NCBI GenBank assembly: GCA_943354555.1
Contig: CALRCM010000003.1
Location: 1-58,789 of the forward strand
DNA length: 58,789 nt
Source of the DNA: Candidatus Peribacteria bacterium
GTDB lineage: Bacteria; Patescibacteriota; Gracilibacteria; Peribacterales; Peribacteraceae
Reading direction: 5' to 3'
Positions 55,767 through 58,789 of the stretch are shown here, piece by piece. The notes beneath the pieces are model-generated. The model ran no database searches. It saw nothing but the letters and a program-made list of their open reading frames with translations, and had not been told where the DNA came from. The stretch's first letter is position 1, and each line of letters starts with the position of its first letter. A program made the translations under genes and the position numbers.

Positions 55767-58067
55767 ATGGCCCGAAAACGCAGAAAGCTCCGGCGCACGA
55801 CTGCTAGAAAAAGGAAAGCGACGAGCAAGGGTCTCGACCTTGATCCTTCGACAAGGCGTGGGATTAGCGGAGCCGTACAGATTGCTTCAGGTATTCTTCT
55901 CGTCTTGGTGCTCAACGGTGAAGCCGGCATCTTTGGTGATGCTCTCGGAAAAATTCTGACATTCTTCTTCGGAAGATATTCCGGAATCTTCTCAGGGTTC
56001 CTCATTGTCTCCGGCCTTCTGCACTGGCTTACAACCGCCGAACATTTTTCCGTAAAGCGGTCTGCAGGACTTACCCTCTGTCTCGTTGCCTTCCTCGGCA
56101 TGGCACATATGACCGCCCCCATGGAGGATCTTGCGGTACACCGTGATGAACTCGCCGGAGCGATCGGATTTATGGCGAGTTTCCCCTTTGTTATGTTTGC
56201 AACTCCCGCAGTCGGCTTCACCGTCCTCGGTGCGCTGTTTCTGGTTGGTCTCTTCGTCGCTTTCGAGCCCAATATCTCGGCGATCATCTCCTTCTTTATT
56301 GTCCGTAGTGCCGAGATGCGCAATCAGGTGACAGCAAAGCCCAAAGTAAGGATTGCCAAGGAGGCGAAAGATGAGGATGACAAAGAGGAATGGAATGCAG
56401 ATGACGAGGAGGCGAAAGATGATCTTGTCGAACAGGACAGAGAGCCGCCGGAACTCAATATCGTCCGGCCGAATTTCGTACAGGCCAATGTACAGAGCGC
56501 AAAGGACATCAAAAAGTCGATGAAGATCAAAGCTGTACAAAAAGACACGATTGAAATGACGGACAAGCGGTACGAGGAATGGACATTTCCTGCATTCGAT
56601 CTCCTCGACGACAAGCGCAGCGAGGTGACAGTCAACGACGAAGAGCTGAAGACGCAAGCAAGAGGCATCGAGGAGAAGCTCCGCGAGTTCGGCATCGAGG
56701 TGACAATGCGCGATGCTCACCCCGGACCGACGGTCACACAGTTCACACTGAAGCCATCCGAGGGCGTGAAGCTGTCGAGTATCGAAACACTGAAGAACGA
56801 TCTTGCGCTTGCACTTGCTGCAGAAAGTCTGCGCATCGAGGCGCCGATTCCGGGAAAGAGTCTTGTTGGCATCGAAATGCCTAACCGCATCCGCACGACG
56901 GTTCACCTTAAGGAGATCCTTGAAAGTCCGGAGTTCTCGCAGAGTGAATCCCCTCTCACACTCCCCCTCGGGCGTGATGTTTCCGGAAAAGCCGTTGTCG
57001 CCGCATTGGAGGATATGCCCCACTTGCTCATAGCCGGCGCAACAGGCTCTGGAAAATCCGTCTGTATGAACACGTTTCTGGTCTCACTCCTTTTCCAGAA
57101 TTCTCCGGACCAGCTGAAGTTCATCCTTGTCGACCCGAAGCGCGTGGAGCTCATGCCCTACGACGGCATTCCGCATCTTCTTACACCCGTGATCACCGAA
57201 GCGGAGAAGGCTCTACAAGCACTTCGCTGGGCGGTTGCCGAAATGGGCAGACGCCTCCACCGCTTCTCCGAAGTGGGGGCGAAGAATCTTGCGGAATTCA
57301 ACGAGAAGCAAGCCGAAGACAGCACGACGCTCCCGCGCATCATCATCGTTATCGATGAGCTTGCGGACCTCATGATGCGGCAGTACCGCAAAGACACGGA
57401 AATGATGATCGCGCGCATCGCACAGATGGCCAGAGCAACGGGAATGCACCTTGTGATAGCTACCCAGCGCCCGTCTGTGGATGTCATCACCGGTCTCATC
57501 AAGGCCAATATCCCAACCCGCATCGCCTTCCGTGTCGTGAGCGCTATCGACAGCCGTACGATCATCGATAGCATCGGTGCAGACGATCTCCTTGGAAAAG
57601 GCGACATGCTCCATATGACGGCAACGACGCAAAAGCCTGTGCGTATTCAGGGCATCTACATTTCTACAAAAGAAACGGAGCGTGTGATCAATGCTGTGAA
57701 GATCGCCGGCGGTGGAAAGATTACCGAGCAGATCGGACTCGTTGATGATGAAGAAGATGCATCAGGAGATGCAGAGGACTCGGAGGAACTCGGAGCGGGC
57801 CTCAGCCAACCTTCTCCAACTGGATGGACGCAGCAAATCGATCTCAATGCAGACGATGACGGCGGAGACAGCATGTTCTTCGATGCTGTTGCGGTCGTAC
57901 AGGAAACAGGAAAAGCCAGTGCCTCTCTGCTGCAGCGTCGCCTGAGCGTGGGCTACGCGCGGGCTGCCAAGCTTCTCGATATCATGGAGAAGAAGAGGCT
58001 TATCGGCCCTGTACGGGGTGCAAAAGCCCGCGAGGTATTTCTTGACAGGGCGATTGCAGGAAATTAA
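55767..58067 (+). CDS. ftsK: DNA translocase FtsK/SpoIIIE
   Basis: N-terminal TMs, RIEAPIPGKS, PHLLIAGATGSGKS, IDELADLM, ATQRPSVDV, gamma domain SASLLQRRLSVGYARAA. Confidence 0.98.
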   Translation: MARKRRKLRRTTARKRKATSKGLDLDPSTRRGISGAVQIASGILLVLVLNGEAGIFGDALGKILTFFFGRYSGIFSGFLIVSGLLHWLTTAEHFSVKRSAGLTLCLVAFLGMAHMTAPMEDLAVHRDELAGAIGFMASFPFVMFATPAVGFTVLGALFLVGLFVAFEPNISAIISFFIVRSAEMRNQVTAKPKVRIAKEAKDEDDKEEWNADDEEAKDDLVEQDREPPELNIVRPNFVQANVQSAKDIKKSMKIKAVQKDTIEMTDKRYEEWTFPAFDLLDDKRSEVTVNDEELKTQARGIEEKLREFGIEVTMRDAHPGPTVTQFTLKPSEGVKLSSIETLKNDLALALAAESLRIEAPIPGKSLVGIEMPNRIRTTVHLKEILESPEFSQSESPLTLPLGRDVSGKAVVAALEDMPHLLIAGATGSGKSVCMNTFLVSLLFQNSPDQLKFILVDPKRVELMPYDGIPHLLTPVITEAEKALQALRWAVAEMGRRLHRFSEVGAKNLAEFNEKQAEDSTTLPRIIIVIDELADLMMRQYRKDTEMMIARIAQMARATGMHLVIATQRPSVDVITGLIKANIPTRIAFRVVSAIDSRTIIDSIGADDLLGKGDMLHMTATTQKPVRIQGIYISTKETERVINAVKIAGGGKITEQIGLVDDEEDASGDAEDSEELGAGLSQPSPTGWTQQIDLNADDDGGDSMFFDAVAVVQETGKASASLLQRRLSVGYARAAKLLDIMEKKRLIGPVRGAKAREVFLDRAIAGN

Positions 58068-58103
58068 CCTTCGGGGCCTTTCGTATGCAAATCTTCGCCC
58101 CTT

Positions 58104-58469
58104 ATGAATCAGCCTGACAAAGCATGTGACGGCCTTATCGCAAGTCTTGATAGATACATTGCGGGCGACCGCGAATGGCTTAATGGAATTGTGCTTATTG
58201 GGCAGGTTTCAACGGAAATCCGTCCAAATCCCGATTACTATGAGGAAGTTGAAAAACGTTATATTCCCGTCATTCGCAGATATCTCCAGCGTCTTCTTCC
58301 GATTGCCAGAGGAGAAATACGGGACGGTAGTTATTACCCGAGTACTAGTGGTGCGATCAATCATCTGCAATCTGTTCTCGATACAGCGAGAGATGCGGGA
58401 GTTTCTGAACATGATGCTGCATATGTAAATATCGTAGACTGCATTTCACAACTACAGAAAATCAAATAG
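58104..58469 (+). CDS. Hypothetical protein
   Basis: ORF filling the gap between ftsK and rdgB. Confidence 0.55.
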   Translation: MNQPDKACDGLIASLDRYIAGDREWLNGIVLIGQVSTEIRPNPDYYEEVEKRYIPVIRRYLQRLLPIARGEIRDGSYYPSTSGAINHLQSVLDTARDAGVSEHDAAYVNIVDCISQLQKIK

Positions 58470-58490
58470 TGAAGCTGTTATAGTGGTTGC

Positions 58491-58789
58491 ATGGATCTTC
58501 TGATCGGAACGAAAAACAAAGGCAAGGTGATCGAGATTACGGAAGCACTTTCGGGAATAAATATCCGCTGTATCGGTGCGCACGATGCGGAAATCATGGA
58601 AGATCCCGTCGAGACGGGTTCGAGCTTTGAAGAAAATGCACTCCAGAAAGCCCGCTTCTATCATCAGCGTTCCGGACTCCCTACACTCGCCGACGACTCC
58701 GGCATCATCGTCGAAGCTCTACAAAGTGAACTGGGAATCCATACGCGACGGTGGGGAGCGGGAGCCGATGCGACTGACGAAGAATGGAT
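58491..58789 (+). CDS. rdgB: Non-canonical purine NTP pyrophosphatase (HAM1 family), 5' part
   Basis: Own translation: MDLLIGTKNKGKVIEI...ETGSSFEENALQKA...LADDSGI; truncated by the window end. Confidence 0.92.
   Translation, partial: MDLLIGTKNKGKVIEITEALSGINIRCIGAHDAEIMEDPVETGSSFEENALQKARFYHQRSGLPTLADDSGIIVEALQSELGIHTRRWGAGADATDEEW

Noticed and set aside
55845-55858. CCTTCGACAAGG in ftsK as another palindrome-family insertion
   Set aside because: Too short and lacks the CTCA half; chance match is likely.
55992-57023. 343-aa antisense ORF, and similar shadow ORFs over groEL, carB and the ABC permeases
   Set aside because: They lie opposite well-supported genes and show no recognisable motifs; these are codon-bias shadows.
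1-58789. Genetic code 25 (TGA=Gly) as in Gracilibacteria/Absconditabacteria
   Set aside because: Conserved genes are full length under code 11, and several end at TGA at the expected position (e.g. carB, holA, tmk).

Overview
Chromosomal window from a bacterium that, by gene content, most resembles a CPR/Patescibacteria organism of the Peregrinibacteria/Peribacteria type. This assignment is an inference from SLH proteins, a sortase, Cys-rich surface proteins, TMTC-like TPR proteins, purF/purD/carB/folD, standard code with TGA stops, and mostly SD-less genes. Housekeeping genes: groES-groEL (with CIRCE), tmk, folD, purF, purD, prfA, mnmA, carB, greA, holA, ftsK, rdgB (partial), tRNA-Leu(TAA), tRNA-Tyr(GTA), and a MarR-adaptor-ABC (MacAB-like) efflux operon. 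Main unusual signals: (1) two tandem ORFans beside tRNA-Tyr built from repeated sigma-70 region-2-like modules with no region 4; (2) a four-helix-bundle (IVP/bAvd-like) gene bracketed by inverted heptamer arrays, with ORF-less heptamer hairpins and a second, nested palindrome family inserted in frame in mnmA, carB, a TMTC-like gene and an SLH beta-propeller gene; (3) a dockerin / cohesin-FN3 / sortase-tag cassette plus a sortase; (4) an H4MPT-type formaldehyde-activating enzyme (fae) beside an IS30 end; (5) a perfect-SD 13-aa mini-ORF coupled to a switchable terminator; (6) a pervasive -10 box 5-8 nt before start codons, suggesting leaderless mRNAs. All family calls come from motif recognition by eye; no searches were run.
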